This document shows, one piece after another, positions 17,954 to 27,625 of a DNA stretch of 40,000 nucleotides (its first letter is position 1; the number at the start of each line of letters is the position of its first letter). Below the pieces are notes generated by a model. That model saw only the letters and a program-made list of their open reading frames with translations. It did no database searches and was not told the DNA's origin. Source of the DNA: Bryobacteraceae bacterium (lineage in GTDB: Bacteria; Acidobacteriota; Terriglobia; Bryobacterales; Bryobacteraceae); NCBI GenBank assembly GCA_025056455.1, contig JANWVY010000001.1:279757-319756 (forward strand), read 5' to 3'. Both the position numbers and the translations under genes were made by a program.

Positions 17954-18835
17954 ATGATCCGGCTGGGTGGCTTGGAAGCGGGCGGCACGAAATTTGTGTG
18001 CGCCGTCGGAAACGGCGCTACGGTGCAGCAGCGGGTCAGTTTTCCCACCAGAAAGCCAGAGGAGACGCTGGCCGAAGCTTTGGCTTTCTTCAAGCACCAT
18101 CCAGTTCAGGCTCTGGGCATCGCCTGCTTTGGACCGGTAGACCTCAACCCGAGTTCTCCGACTTTCGGCCGCATTACGGCGACGCCCAAACCGCACTGGC
18201 AGAACACGGACATTGTGCAACCGTTTGCGCAGGCTTTGGGCATACCCGTTCATTTTGACACCGACGTCAACGGCGCAGCCCTCGGCGAGTGGGCTTGGGG
18301 CGCGGGCCGAGGTCTCAACGACGTGCTCTACCTGACGGTTGGTACCGGGATTGGAGGCGGCGCGCTGAGCGGGGGTAGGCCAATTCACGGCCTGATTCAC
18401 CCGGAAATGGGTCACATCCGCGTTCCCCGCGACCCCTCCGATTGCTTTGCTGGCTGTTGTCCCTTTCATGGAGACTGTCTTGAAGGGCTGGCTTCCGGGG
18501 CTGCCATCCATCAACGCTGGGGCCGGGCTGGAGAAAAACTGGAAGACTCCCATCCAGCCTGGAGGCTGGAGGCTCGCTATCTGGCTCTCGGCCTGGTCAA
18601 CCTGGTGATGACGCTTTCGCCACAGCGAGTGATTCTCGGTGGTGGAGTGATGCGCCGCCCGCCGCTTTACACCCTCATCCGGCAGGAATTCAAGATGCTC
18701 GTGAACGACTATTTACAAGCCAACCAGCTAAAGGATCTCGAAAGCTATATCGTGGCGCCGGCGCTTGGAGAAAATGCCGGGGTCGTCGGCGCTTTCGTGC
18801 TCGCCCAGCAGGCGCTTGAGGCTGCGACTGGCTGA
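17954..18835 (+). CDS. ROK-family fructokinase (Mak/ScrK type)
   Basis: MIRLGGLEAGGTKFVCAV, LTVGTGIGGG, and the Zn motif HPEMGH...CPFHGDCLEGLASG. I prefer the ATG at 17954 over the track start at 17915. Confidence 0.85.
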   Translation: MIRLGGLEAGGTKFVCAVGNGATVQQRVSFPTRKPEETLAEALAFFKHHPVQALGIACFGPVDLNPSSPTFGRITATPKPHWQNTDIVQPFAQALGIPVHFDTDVNGAALGEWAWGAGRGLNDVLYLTVGTGIGGGALSGGRPIHGLIHPEMGHIRVPRDPSDCFAGCCPFHGDCLEGLASGAAIHQRWGRAGEKLEDSHPAWRLEARYLALGLVNLVMTLSPQRVILGGGVMRRPPLYTLIRQEFKMLVNDYLQANQLKDLESYIVAPALGENAGVVGAFVLAQQALEAATG

Positions 18836-18975
18836 GCGGCCAGATATCAGAATTTGTGGCTGCCTCGAGCGGCGCAGCAAGCGCGTGAGGTGAAAGTCGC
18901 TGAGCGGATCGTCAGTTGGATGTGTGATTGCGGGGAGAAGAAGAAGCCCTTGAAAGGAGTTCGTAGAATAAGAGA

Positions 18976-20133
18976 TTGGCGCAAATTCAGTTTGAACTCC
19001 AGGCGCAGTGCCCCGACACACGGGCGCGCGCTGGCCTCCTGCATACTGCGCACGGCCCGGTGGAAACGCCGGTGTTCATGCCCGTCGGGACACAGGCAAC
19101 GCTCAAAGGGGTCACCCCGCGCGATCTTTCGGAACAGCTCGGAGCACGCATCCTGCTTGCCAACACCTACCACCTTTACCTCCGGCCTGGCCACCAGGTT
19201 ATTGAGAAGCTCGGCGGGTTGCACCGCTTTATGGACTGGCCTCACGCCATCCTGACCGACTCCGGAGGCTTTCAGGTATTCAGCCTCTCCCAGTTGCGCC
19301 AAATCACCGACGAGGGCGTGATTTTCCGCTCGCACCTCAACGGCGATCTTCACTTCTTCACGCCAGAGTCCACCGTGGATGTGCAGCTGGCCCTGGGCAG
19401 CGACATTGCCATGGTGCTGGACGAATGTCTTGAGTATCCAGCCAGTTACGAGGCTTCGCGGCATTCTGTGCAACGCACCATCCGCTGGGCGCGCCAAGCT
19501 TTTGAGCACTATTGTCAACGCCTCGGCGAGCGTCCTCAAGCAGGCGCGCTGTTTCCCATCGTCCAAGGCTCGATGTTTCCGGATCTCCGCCGGGAGTGCG
19601 CTCTTGCGCTGGCTGAACTGCAAGCGGAAGGATACGCGATTGGGGGCCTCTCCGTGGGCGAACCACGCGCCTTAAGCTTGGAAATGGCTGGCGTGTCCGC
19701 GGAGCTGCTCCCTGCCAACAAGCCGCGCTATGTGATGGGCGTGGGCATGCCTGAGGAATTGATCGAATACGTCGCCTTGGGCGTCGACATGATGGATTGC
19801 GTGCTGCCCTCTCGCAACGCGCGCAACGGCTGCTTGTTCACCTCCGAGGGCAAGCTGATCATCAAACAGGCGCGGTATCGCGAGGATCCGCGCCCGCTCG
19901 ATCCCGCTTGTTCCTGCTATACCTGTCGCCGCTTTAGCCGCGCCTACTTGCGCCACCTGTTTTTGGCGGGCGAAATGTTGTATTGTACGCTGGGCACCAT
20001 CCACAATGTCCAACGTTATTTGGACATTATGCGCGAGATTCGCTCTTCCATCCTCGAGGGCAGGTTTGCCCGGCTGTTGCAAAAATGGCGCCGGGCGAGC
20101 CTTGAACAACCTCCCGCCGAACCAGCTAAGTGA
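18976..20133 (+). CDS. tgt: queuine tRNA-ribosyltransferase (tRNA-guanine transglycosylase)
   Basis: VETPVFMPVGTQATLKGV, LANTYHL, TDSGGFQVFS, GGLSVGE, and the Zn site CSCYTC...H. TTG start. Confidence 0.92.
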   Translation: MAQIQFELQAQCPDTRARAGLLHTAHGPVETPVFMPVGTQATLKGVTPRDLSEQLGARILLANTYHLYLRPGHQVIEKLGGLHRFMDWPHAILTDSGGFQVFSLSQLRQITDEGVIFRSHLNGDLHFFTPESTVDVQLALGSDIAMVLDECLEYPASYEASRHSVQRTIRWARQAFEHYCQRLGERPQAGALFPIVQGSMFPDLRRECALALAELQAEGYAIGGLSVGEPRALSLEMAGVSAELLPANKPRYVMGVGMPEELIEYVALGVDMMDCVLPSRNARNGCLFTSEGKLIIKQARYREDPRPLDPACSCYTCRRFSRAYLRHLFLAGEMLYCTLGTIHNVQRYLDIMREIRSSILEGRFARLLQKWRRASLEQPPAEPAK

Positions 20134-20247
20134 TTGGTTTCAAGAGGGTAACGGGAGCCGCAGGAACCTTCTTGAGCAAGATGCAAACCAGCTGAGAGCA
20201 AACGCCCTGCTCCAGCACCTACCGGATTCAAGAATCCGTAACATCCT

Positions 20248-20293
20248 GTACTGCATATAGATATTTTCCTTGACTAACCCCTACATCTTGGGG
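20248..20293 (+). promoter_or_regulatory. candidate tandem NrdR-like boxes overlapping a sigma-70-like promoter of nrdJ
   Basis: GTACTGCATATAGATA (20248-20263) and CCCCTACATCTTGGGG (20278-20293) each match 8 of 10 core positions of the NrdR box consensus as I recall it (acaCwAtATaTwGtgt). Their centres are 30 bp apart. TTGACT (20270-20275) and CATGAT (20294-20299, 18-bp spacer) flank box 2. Confidence 0.35.
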
Positions 20294-20412
20294 CATGATT
20301 TCTAACGCACAACGGCTCGATTCCAAACTGCCAAAGCTTCGAAAGCTAAGTCAACCTGAAACAGGCTTTCAGAAAAACCAACAAGACGAAGAAGTGAAGA
20401 GGTTAAACATTT

Positions 20413-23244
20413 ATGGGTCAGCTCAGCGTAGACATTCGCGCCAAGAGGCACCAGTTGCGTAGTCCGCTTCCGATTTCCGAGCGTCGAGGGGTGGTTTTTC
20501 CGCGCTATTTCACCGCGCGGCTCGAACCGGGACGCACCCCCTATGACGAAGTGAAGTGGGAGCTGCGCACCGCCACCATTGGGAACGACAAAGGCGCCGT
20601 GATTTTTGAACAGCGAGACGTTGAAGTTCCGGCCGACTGGTCGCAGACGGCAACGAATATTGTCGCTAGCAAATATTTCCACGGACGGCTGGGCAGTCCC
20701 GAGCGCGAGCGCAGTGTGCGGCAGCTCGTGCATCGCGTGGTGGATACGATTACGGACTGGGGCAAGGCGGGCCGTTACTTCAGGACGGATCAAGATGCGG
20801 AGAATTTCCGCGATGAGTTGGCGCACCTAATGCTGACCCAAAAGGCCTGTTTTAATTCGCCGGTCTGGTTCAATGTCGGGGTGAAGGAGTCGCGCGGCTA
20901 TGGCTGGTATTGGGATGAGGCTTCCGGCAGCGTGAAGAAGCTCGAGCCCCATGAAAACCGGCCGCAGTGCTCGGCCTGCTTTATCAATTCGGTCAGCGAC
21001 TCGCTGGAATCCATCTTGGATTTGGCCAAGACCGAAGGAATGTTGTTTAAGTGGGGTTCGGGCACAGGGACGAATCTTTCGACCTTGCGGGAAGAGGACG
21101 CCGTGCTTTCTGGTGGAGGCCGGGCTTCGGGACCGCTGAGCTTCATGAAAGGCTTTGACGCCTTCGCTGGGGTCATCAAAAGCGGCGGCAAGACGCGCCG
21201 GGCGGCCAAAATGGTGATCCTCAACGTGGATCATCCTGATATCGAAAAATTCATCTGGTGCAAGGCGAAAGAGGAGAAAAAGGCCCACGTCTTAATTGAC
21301 GCCGGCTACGACAGCTCGCTGGATGGTGAGGCCTACAGCTCGATCTTCTTCCAAAACGCTAACAACTCTGTCCGGGTGACCGATGAATTCATGCAGGCGG
21401 TGGTGGAGGATCGCGACTGGTGGACTCGCAGCCGCGTGGACAATCAACCTCGCAAGCGCTACCGCGCGCGCGATCTCATGAAACAGATCGCTGAGGCGAC
21501 TTGGCAGTGCGGTGATCCGGGTTTGCAATTTGACACCACCATCAACCGCTGGCACACGTCAAAAGCAGCGGGCCGCATCAACGCCTCGAATCCATGCTCA
21601 GAGTACATGTTTCTGGACGATTCCGCTTGCAATCTGGCCTCGTTGAACTTGATGAAGTTCGTTGCACCCGGTGGCGACTTTGATGTGGAAGCCTTCCGTC
21701 ACGCGGTTGACACCATGATTTTGGCGCAAGAGATCATCGTCGACGCCGCCAGTTACCCCACCGAGCGGATTGCGCAAAACTCGCACGATTACCGTCCCCT
21801 CGGGCTCGGCTACGCCAATCTCGGCGCGTTACTCATGAGTCTTGGCCTTCCCTACGACAGCGACCAGGGCCGCGACTACGCTGCAGCCATTACTGCAGTG
21901 ATGTGTGGCCAAGCTTATTTGACCAGTGCTCGAATCGCCGAGGCCATGGGTCCCTGCCCGGGTTACGCCAAGAACGAAGAGAGCTTCTTGGAAGTGATCC
22001 GCATGCACTGTGATGCTGCTAACCGCCTGGATAGCCGGCGCATTCCCGCCGAGCTTTATGAAAATGCGCGCTTGGTCTGGCAGCTGGCGTTCGAAAAGGG
22101 CCAGGAGTGCGGTTTCCGCAACAGCCAGACCACAGTCATTGCCCCGACGGGCACGATTGGCTTCATGATGGATTGCGACACCACGGGAATTGAACCCGAT
22201 TTAGCGCTCGTCAAATACAAGAAGCTGGTGGGTGGAGGCGTGATCAAGATTGTCAATCATACGGTGCCGCAAGCCCTCATCCGCCTCGGCTACACGCCCG
22301 AACAAGTGGACCGGATTGTGAGCCATATTGATTCCACTGGAACCATTGAAGGCGCGCCCGATCTTAAGCCGGAACATTTGCCGGTGTTTGATTGTAGCTT
22401 CCGGCCGCAAAACGGGACGCGGTTCATTCACCACCTAGGCCACATCAAAATGATGGCTGCCACTCAGCCGTTCCTTTCTGGCGCGATCTCAAAAACCATC
22501 AACATGCCCGAGGAATCCACGGTGGAAGACATCATGGACGCCTATATCGAGAGCTGGCGTCTCGGCTTGAAGGCCGTCGCCATCTATCGCGACGGGTCGA
22601 AGCGAGTCCAGCCGCTCAGCTCAGGCACGGGCAAGGCGGCAAAGAGCAGCACGGGCGCAAGCGCCGCCGCCGTACCGCAAACGGCGCTTTCCCCCGAGGT
22701 TGTCTATCGACCCCAGCGCCGGAAGTTGCCCGAAGAAAGGGCCGCTATCACGCACAAATTCTCTATTGGCGGACATGAAGGCTACATCACAGTGGGTTTG
22801 TATGAGGACGGCACGCCGGGCGAAATCTTCATCACCATGGCAAAAGAAGGCTCAACAATTTCCGGCTTGATGGACAGTTTTGCCACCTCGGTCAGCTATG
22901 GCTTGCAGTATGGCGTTCCACTGAAATTTTTCGTTGACAAGTTTAGCCATGTGCGTTTTGAACCGAGCGGTTGGACTGGGAACCCGCAGATCCCCTATGC
23001 GAAGTCCATCATGGACTACATCTTCCGTTGGCTTGCGCTCAAATTTATTGGGCCGGACGCTGTTACCAAGGAAGCAGGGGAAACGCCGAAGCTGCGGCCC
23101 ACAGAAGTCGAACCACAACAGTCGTTCGCTTTCGGTCCCACGGTTGAGGATGCACCCTTGTGCAGCGAATGCGGCGGTTTGATGACGCGCAACGGTTCTT
23201 GCTACAAGTGCGAGAATTGCGGCGGCACCAGCGGTTGCAGCTAA
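20413..23244 (+). CDS. nrdJ: adenosylcobalamin-dependent (class II) ribonucleotide reductase
   Basis: 943 aa. Motifs include WSQTATNIVASKYF, GSGTGTNLSTLR, the active-site NPCSEY, and a C-terminal Cys-rich tail CSECGG...CYKCENCGGTSGCS. Confidence 0.92.
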   Translation: MGQLSVDIRAKRHQLRSPLPISERRGVVFPRYFTARLEPGRTPYDEVKWELRTATIGNDKGAVIFEQRDVEVPADWSQTATNIVASKYFHGRLGSPERERSVRQLVHRVVDTITDWGKAGRYFRTDQDAENFRDELAHLMLTQKACFNSPVWFNVGVKESRGYGWYWDEASGSVKKLEPHENRPQCSACFINSVSDSLESILDLAKTEGMLFKWGSGTGTNLSTLREEDAVLSGGGRASGPLSFMKGFDAFAGVIKSGGKTRRAAKMVILNVDHPDIEKFIWCKAKEEKKAHVLIDAGYDSSLDGEAYSSIFFQNANNSVRVTDEFMQAVVEDRDWWTRSRVDNQPRKRYRARDLMKQIAEATWQCGDPGLQFDTTINRWHTSKAAGRINASNPCSEYMFLDDSACNLASLNLMKFVAPGGDFDVEAFRHAVDTMILAQEIIVDAASYPTERIAQNSHDYRPLGLGYANLGALLMSLGLPYDSDQGRDYAAAITAVMCGQAYLTSARIAEAMGPCPGYAKNEESFLEVIRMHCDAANRLDSRRIPAELYENARLVWQLAFEKGQECGFRNSQTTVIAPTGTIGFMMDCDTTGIEPDLALVKYKKLVGGGVIKIVNHTVPQALIRLGYTPEQVDRIVSHIDSTGTIEGAPDLKPEHLPVFDCSFRPQNGTRFIHHLGHIKMMAATQPFLSGAISKTINMPEESTVEDIMDAYIESWRLGLKAVAIYRDGSKRVQPLSSGTGKAAKSSTGASAAAVPQTALSPEVVYRPQRRKLPEERAAITHKFSIGGHEGYITVGLYEDGTPGEIFITMAKEGSTISGLMDSFATSVSYGLQYGVPLKFFVDKFSHVRFEPSGWTGNPQIPYAKSIMDYIFRWLALKFIGPDAVTKEAGETPKLRPTEVEPQQSFAFGPTVEDAPLCSECGGLMTRNGSCYKCENCGGTSGCS

Positions 23245-23295
23245 ACCAGTCGAAAGGATTCCTCCACCAAAGGCAGTAGCCGACCACTCAACTTG

Positions 23296-23328
23296 GCCCC
23301 GCGTCCGAACAGGCGCGGGGCTTTTTTT
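23296..23328 (+). terminator. intrinsic terminator of nrdJ
   Basis: Perfect 8-bp GC stem GCCCCGCG (23296-23303) / CGCGGGGC (23314-23321) with a 10-nt loop, followed by TTTTTTT (23322-28). It lies 52 nt after the nrdJ stop. Confidence 0.85.
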
Positions 23329-23432
23329 CGGTCGAAGCCCCAGGAGGTCAGTGACGCCAGGTTTCAGGCGCCCAGGACGTGGCTCTGCCCGCCTGCATGG
23401 GAATTCGTTCTCTTCGCGAGCAGAGAACTGGT

Positions 23433-24866
23433 TCAGAAGAGCCGGCTGGCGGGAGTTAAAGCGGGCTGGCGGATTTCGAGACAACCTTTTCCCGCGGGCA
23501 AGACTTTGCCTGGATTTAACCGGCATTCCGGATCGAAGAGTCGCTTGAAGGCAGCCATTTGGTCCAAAGTCGCGTCGTTGAATAGCTGCGGCATGAGATT
23601 GATTTTCTCCATGCCAACGCCATGCTCACCGGTAATGGATCCTCCCGCCTGAATGCAATAGGCGAGGATTTCCTCACCAGCCCTTTGCGCTTTTTCAAGC
23701 TCGCCCTCGATCCGCGCATTGAAGAGAATGATGGGATGTAGATTGCCATCTCCGGCATGAAAGATATTGCTGATCGTAAGACCATATTTGGCGCCGATTT
23801 TGGCGATTTCGCGTAAAGTTGGGGCGATCTTCGTCCGCGGGACGACACCATCCTGCACATAATAGTGAGGGCTGACCCGGCCGACGGCGCCAAACGCGTT
23901 TTTGCGACCCTTCCACAGTAAGTCGCGTTCTTCGGCGGAACGCGCCATGCGGAATTCACGAGCCTTACAATGGGCGCACACTTCTTGAATTTGAGCCAGC
24001 TGCTCGTCGACGGCTTCCCGCAAGCCCTCGAGCTCGATCAGCAGAACAGCCGCGGCATCCAAGGGGTAGCCGGCGTGGGTGGCCTCCTCGACCATGCGTA
24101 GCATCACACCATCGAGCATCTCGATGGCGACTGGCGTAATGCGTCGCGCGGTGATTTCCGCTACCGTATCGGCGCAATCATCCACAGAATCATAAATGGC
24201 TAGCGCCGTCTTCACCACTTCCGGCTGGCGCATGAGACGAACAATCACTTTGGTGATCAGCGCCAAGGTTCCCTCGTTGCCCGTGATCAGACCGGTGAGA
24301 TCATATCCAGGAAGGTCCTGTTCTTTTCCGCCGGTGGTAAACACAGTGCCGTCGGCAAGCACGCATTCAAGCCCCAAGACATGATTCGTGGTCACGCCAT
24401 AGGCCAGCGTGTGGGGCCCGCCAGCGTTTTCCGCCACGTTGCCGCCGATCGTGCAAGCGCGCTGACTGGAAGGATCTGGAGCGTAGAAGTATTGATCGGC
24501 TTGCACGGCGAGAGTGATGTCAAGGTTGACGACGCCGGGTTGTAGCACGGCGCGTTCATTGGCCAGGTCGATTTCGAGAATGCGGTTCATGCGGGCAAAA
24601 CCGATCACAAGCCCCCCGGCACGCGGAATCGCTCCTCCGCTCAGCCCGGTCCCCGCACCGCGTCCCACGATCGGGATGCGGTGCTGGTGTGTCAGCTTGG
24701 CAAGGGCCACGACTTCTTCTGTGGTGTGGGGAAAAACCACCATGTCTGGCTGCGCTTTATCCACGCCGCCGTCGTATTCGTAGAGGCGGAGATCCTCTGG
24801 CTTATCGAGATAGTTGCGCGGCCCGACGATGTTAATCAATTCTTGTTTTACTGCTTCCGCAATCAT
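23433..24866 (-). CDS. glcD: FAD-linked oxidase, glycolate oxidase subunit GlcD-like
   Basis: FAD-binding PCMH-type N-terminal half (VVFPHTTEEVVALAKL..., GRGAGTGLSGGA) and a C-terminal GSITGEHGVGMEK. No glcE/glcF adjacent, so the substrate assignment is tentative. Confidence 0.8.
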   Translation of the reverse strand: MIAEAVKQELINIVGPRNYLDKPEDLRLYEYDGGVDKAQPDMVVFPHTTEEVVALAKLTHQHRIPIVGRGAGTGLSGGAIPRAGGLVIGFARMNRILEIDLANERAVLQPGVVNLDITLAVQADQYFYAPDPSSQRACTIGGNVAENAGGPHTLAYGVTTNHVLGLECVLADGTVFTTGGKEQDLPGYDLTGLITGNEGTLALITKVIVRLMRQPEVVKTALAIYDSVDDCADTVAEITARRITPVAIEMLDGVMLRMVEEATHAGYPLDAAAVLLIELEGLREAVDEQLAQIQEVCAHCKAREFRMARSAEERDLLWKGRKNAFGAVGRVSPHYYVQDGVVPRTKIAPTLREIAKIGAKYGLTISNIFHAGDGNLHPIILFNARIEGELEKAQRAGEEILAYCIQAGGSITGEHGVGMEKINLMPQLFNDATLDQMAAFKRLFDPECRLNPGKVLPAGKGCLEIRQPALTPASRLF

Positions 24867-24878
24867 GCGCCATCCCGG

Positions 24879-25391
24879 CTAAAGCAACCGCTCAATGCGC
24901 TCGATAATTTTGGGGTCCGTCCAGTTTTCAGGCCCAATGAACTTCTCCAAGACCTTGCCATCGGCGCTGATGACGTAGGTTTCCGGATACTTAAATGTGC
25001 CGTAGCTGGCGCTGATACCCGCCTCAGGATCGCGCGCCGTCAGAAAGGAAATTTTGGCGCGCTCGAGAAACTGTCTGTAGATCTGCTCGTTGCGGTCCAC
25101 GCTGACGCCCAGGACGATCACGCCTTTGGATTTCATCTGGCGTGCGAAGCTGTCGAGCGAAGGCAACTCTTGAATGCAAGGCGGACACCACGTGGCCCAG
25201 AAATTCAAAACCAGCAACTTTCCTCCGAAATCAGAGCGCGAAACCGTTTGACCGCTGTCGGTGACAACGCGGAACTGAGGCGCGGAATCGCCTACGCCCA
25301 CCACGCGCTCATACATCGTGCCGCTCGCCACCCAGATGAGAGCGCCGGTCGCGACGACGATAAGGATCTTCAGGATGGCCTCAATTTTCAT
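24879..25391 (-). CDS. TlpA/ResA-family thiol-disulfide oxidoreductase, membrane-anchored
   Basis: N-terminal TM helix (ILKILIVVATGALIWVA) and a thioredoxin fold with NFWATWCPPCIQELP. Confidence 0.85.
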   Translation of the reverse strand: MKIEAILKILIVVATGALIWVASGTMYERVVGVGDSAPQFRVVTDSGQTVSRSDFGGKLLVLNFWATWCPPCIQELPSLDSFARQMKSKGVIVLGVSVDRNEQIYRQFLERAKISFLTARDPEAGISASYGTFKYPETYVISADGKVLEKFIGPENWTDPKIIERIERLL

Positions 25392-25496
25392 GGTCTCCTC
25401 GCTTTCATCTTAGCCGAGCATCTCTCGGAGCCGGGTAGCGGCTGAGCCTTGAGCGGGCGCGGCGCGAGGGGAGGGAGTTTGTCGTATGCTGTCGAG

Positions 25497-26726
25497 ATGC
25501 AAGATGTGGAGCGGTCCCGCTGGCGCGAAATCCTCTTGCCTAGCGTGGCGATGATGCTCGGTTGGGGTCTGCGGGGTTTTATCGGCGGGGGCCCGTTCGG
25601 CGCGATGATCCCGGGCGCTATGGTGGCGCTTTGCCTGTGTCTCGTGCACCAGCGCAGCGGCGTTGCTCGAACGGCAGCCTTCGGAGCACTTGGCGTGGGA
25701 ATTGGCGGCGAGATGACCTACGGTCAGACTGTCGGATTCATCGTCCGGCCGGAAACTTTTTTCTGGGGCCTAACGGGGCTGACGCTCAAAGGCGCCGTTT
25801 GGGGAGCGCTCGGTGGCGCCATCCTCGCGCTAAGTTTTGTTCCCCGCCTGACGCTGACGTTGGTGGCCTCCAGCGGCATGGTTATGGCGGTAGCCTGTTA
25901 CGCCGGATGGAAATGGATCAACGAGCCTAAGCTCATCTACTTCTCAAACCGTTTTGATCATCCCCGAACAGAGATCTGGGCTGGGTTTTTGCTGGCGAGC
26001 GTCGCTCTTCTGGTCTGGCTTCGCTGGCAGGGGGCCGGACAGATCCCTCTGCAATTTGCGCTCTCTGGGGCAGTGGGTGGAGGTATCGGCTTTGGCGCGG
26101 GCGGAGCCATTCAAGGGTTGGGCCGAATTTTCCTTCCTTCGGTACAAACCGATTGGTGGAAGTACATGGAGTTTACATTCGGCTTCTGTTTCGGTCTGGC
26201 CCTGGCGTTCGCTGCGCGCCGTTTGCCGCTTGAAACAGCTTCGGAGCCCGAACAACCTGGGCCTTCCTGCCTGCTGCAAGTCCTAGGCGCGGCGGCCCTC
26301 ACCGCGTTTGCTTTCTGGTGGGAAGCCACCGTAGCGGTGCGGTTTTCCTATCTTCTACTGGCCTGTCTGCTGCTCTGTGTCGCGTATTGGTCTCGCTGGG
26401 CGGCCTGGCACATCGCGATAACAGTAACTGTGACGGCCTTTGCCTTAGATTCTGCTAAGTATTTCTCCGTACGGTTTGGAGGCGGGCAGCCCTCGATCAC
26501 GGCCTACGGTGTAGCCGTCGCCGGGTCGTTCATTTTCGCCGCTCTGTTCACACGGGGGACCAAAAGCGCGCAAATGGCGTTTCTGTGGCTGCTTTGGTCA
26601 GCGGTGGGTGTGGCGAGCCTGAAGCACGCGATGCACCCCAAGGGCGTGTCTGAAGTCTTCAGCCAGGTTAATGTGCTGTTTCTCCTTATGGCGGTGGCTT
26701 GCACCGCGATGACCAGGTTACGATAA
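25497..26726 (+). CDS. hypothetical polytopic membrane protein (about 10-12 TM), family not recognised
   Basis: Long ORF with Gly/Ala/Leu/Trp-rich hydrophobic segments throughout. The start is uncertain (ATG 25497 versus TTG 25449). Divergent from tlpA. Confidence 0.6.
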   Translation: MQDVERSRWREILLPSVAMMLGWGLRGFIGGGPFGAMIPGAMVALCLCLVHQRSGVARTAAFGALGVGIGGEMTYGQTVGFIVRPETFFWGLTGLTLKGAVWGALGGAILALSFVPRLTLTLVASSGMVMAVACYAGWKWINEPKLIYFSNRFDHPRTEIWAGFLLASVALLVWLRWQGAGQIPLQFALSGAVGGGIGFGAGGAIQGLGRIFLPSVQTDWWKYMEFTFGFCFGLALAFAARRLPLETASEPEQPGPSCLLQVLGAAALTAFAFWWEATVAVRFSYLLLACLLLCVAYWSRWAAWHIAITVTVTAFALDSAKYFSVRFGGGQPSITAYGVAVAGSFIFAALFTRGTKSAQMAFLWLLWSAVGVASLKHAMHPKGVSEVFSQVNVLFLLMAVACTAMTRLR

Positions 26727-26799
26727 AAGCGCAGGAGGGTGTGGGCCGCCTTGCATTTTCGCATCCTGCCGCCAGGCTGTCGCATCCTATGAGTGGTTC

Positions 26800-27216
26800 A
26801 TGAAAGTTACTCGCCGCGCGGAGTTTTCCGCCTCCCACATCTGTTCTTCTCCTCAGCTGTCTCCGGATGAGAACCGCGCCATTTATGGAGAAGGTGCGAA
26901 TCCTCACGGGCACGGACATAACTATGTGCTGGAGGTCACCGTGGAGGGGGAGCCCGATCCTGTGACCGGTATGGTCATGGATTTGAAGCATCTGAAACAG
27001 GTGATTCAGGAAGAGGTGATCGACCCGATGGATCACCGTTTCCTCAACCGCGAGGTAGCGCCCTTTGACCGCGTGATCCCGACGGCTGAAAACTTAGCCA
27101 TGGAGATTTGGCGCCGGCTTGCACCGCGGCTGGCCTCGGACAAAACGCGATTGGATTGCGTGCGGCTGTTTGAAACGGAAGATCTATATGTTGAGTATCG
27201 GGGAGAGCTGGCATGA
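26800..27216 (+). CDS. 6-pyruvoyl-tetrahydropterin synthase family (COG0720) paralog lacking the canonical catalytic Cys; PTPS-III-like candidate
   Basis: FSASH...HGHGHNY Zn ligands, DPVTGMVMDLKHLK, MDHRFLN and LFETE are all present. The usual GKC position reads GEG (YGEGANPHGHGH). Overall it is very similar to animal PTPS. Confidence 0.88.
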   Translation: MKVTRRAEFSASHICSSPQLSPDENRAIYGEGANPHGHGHNYVLEVTVEGEPDPVTGMVMDLKHLKQVIQEEVIDPMDHRFLNREVAPFDRVIPTAENLAMEIWRRLAPRLASDKTRLDCVRLFETEDLYVEYRGELA

Positions 27217-27623
27217 TTGAGCTGACGCGACGCTACCGTTTTTCTGCGTCCCACCGCCTGCATACGCCTGTTCTCACGGAGGCGGAGAACCGTGAAGTTT
27301 ATGGCAAATGCAATCATCCGTACGGCCATGGCCACGACTACATCTTGGAAGTGCGCTTGCGAGGCAAACCAGACCCGCAAACGGGAGTACTGTTACCGGT
27401 TGCCAAACTAGATCAGCTGGTTCGGCAGGCCGTGCTTGATGATTACGATCATAAGTTTCTCAACGAGGAAGTCGCCACGTTTCGCACGACTCCCCCCACG
27501 ACGGAAAACCTTGCCGCGGATATTTACCGCCGCCTGCGCCAGCAGTGGCCCTTTGGCGAGAATCCTTCGTTTTCGGGGGTGCGGATTTTTGAAACCCGGC
27601 GCAACGTCGTGGAACTCCAATAG
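27213..27623 (+). CDS. 6-pyruvoyl-tetrahydropterin / 6-carboxy-tetrahydropterin synthase (Cys-containing PTPS/QueD paralog)
   Basis: [22 protein letters not shown] (catalytic Cys present), YDHKFLN and IFETR. The ATG overlaps the stop of the previous paralog (ATGA at 27213-27216). Confidence 0.88.
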   Translation: MIELTRRYRFSASHRLHTPVLTEAENREVYGKCNHPYGHGHDYILEVRLRGKPDPQTGVLLPVAKLDQLVRQAVLDDYDHKFLNEEVATFRTTPPTTENLAADIYRRLRQQWPFGENPSFSGVRIFETRRNVVELQ

Positions 27624-27625
27624 GC

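Noticed and set aside
17756-19623. Minus-strand ORFs 17756-18553 (265 aa) and 18847-19623 (258 aa)
   Set aside because: They are antisense to the ROK fructokinase and tgt genes, both of which carry unambiguous family motifs. The antisense translations are low-complexity.
20134-20412. Cobalamin riboswitch upstream of B12-dependent nrdJ
   Set aside because: There is no B12-box (GCCACTG) or GGTG...AATCC core in this leader. Known cobalamin riboswitches usually control B12-independent isozymes, not nrdJ.
24681-25445. 254-aa + strand ORF
   Set aside because: It is antisense to tlpA (WCPPC motif) and to the 5' end of glcD. It is a shadow ORF.
26727-26799. preQ1 riboswitch upstream of the first PTPS/QueD paralog
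   Set aside because: The 73-bp spacer lacks the short hairpin plus A-rich tail (..CCCUC..AAAAAACUA) of preQ1-I/II motifs.
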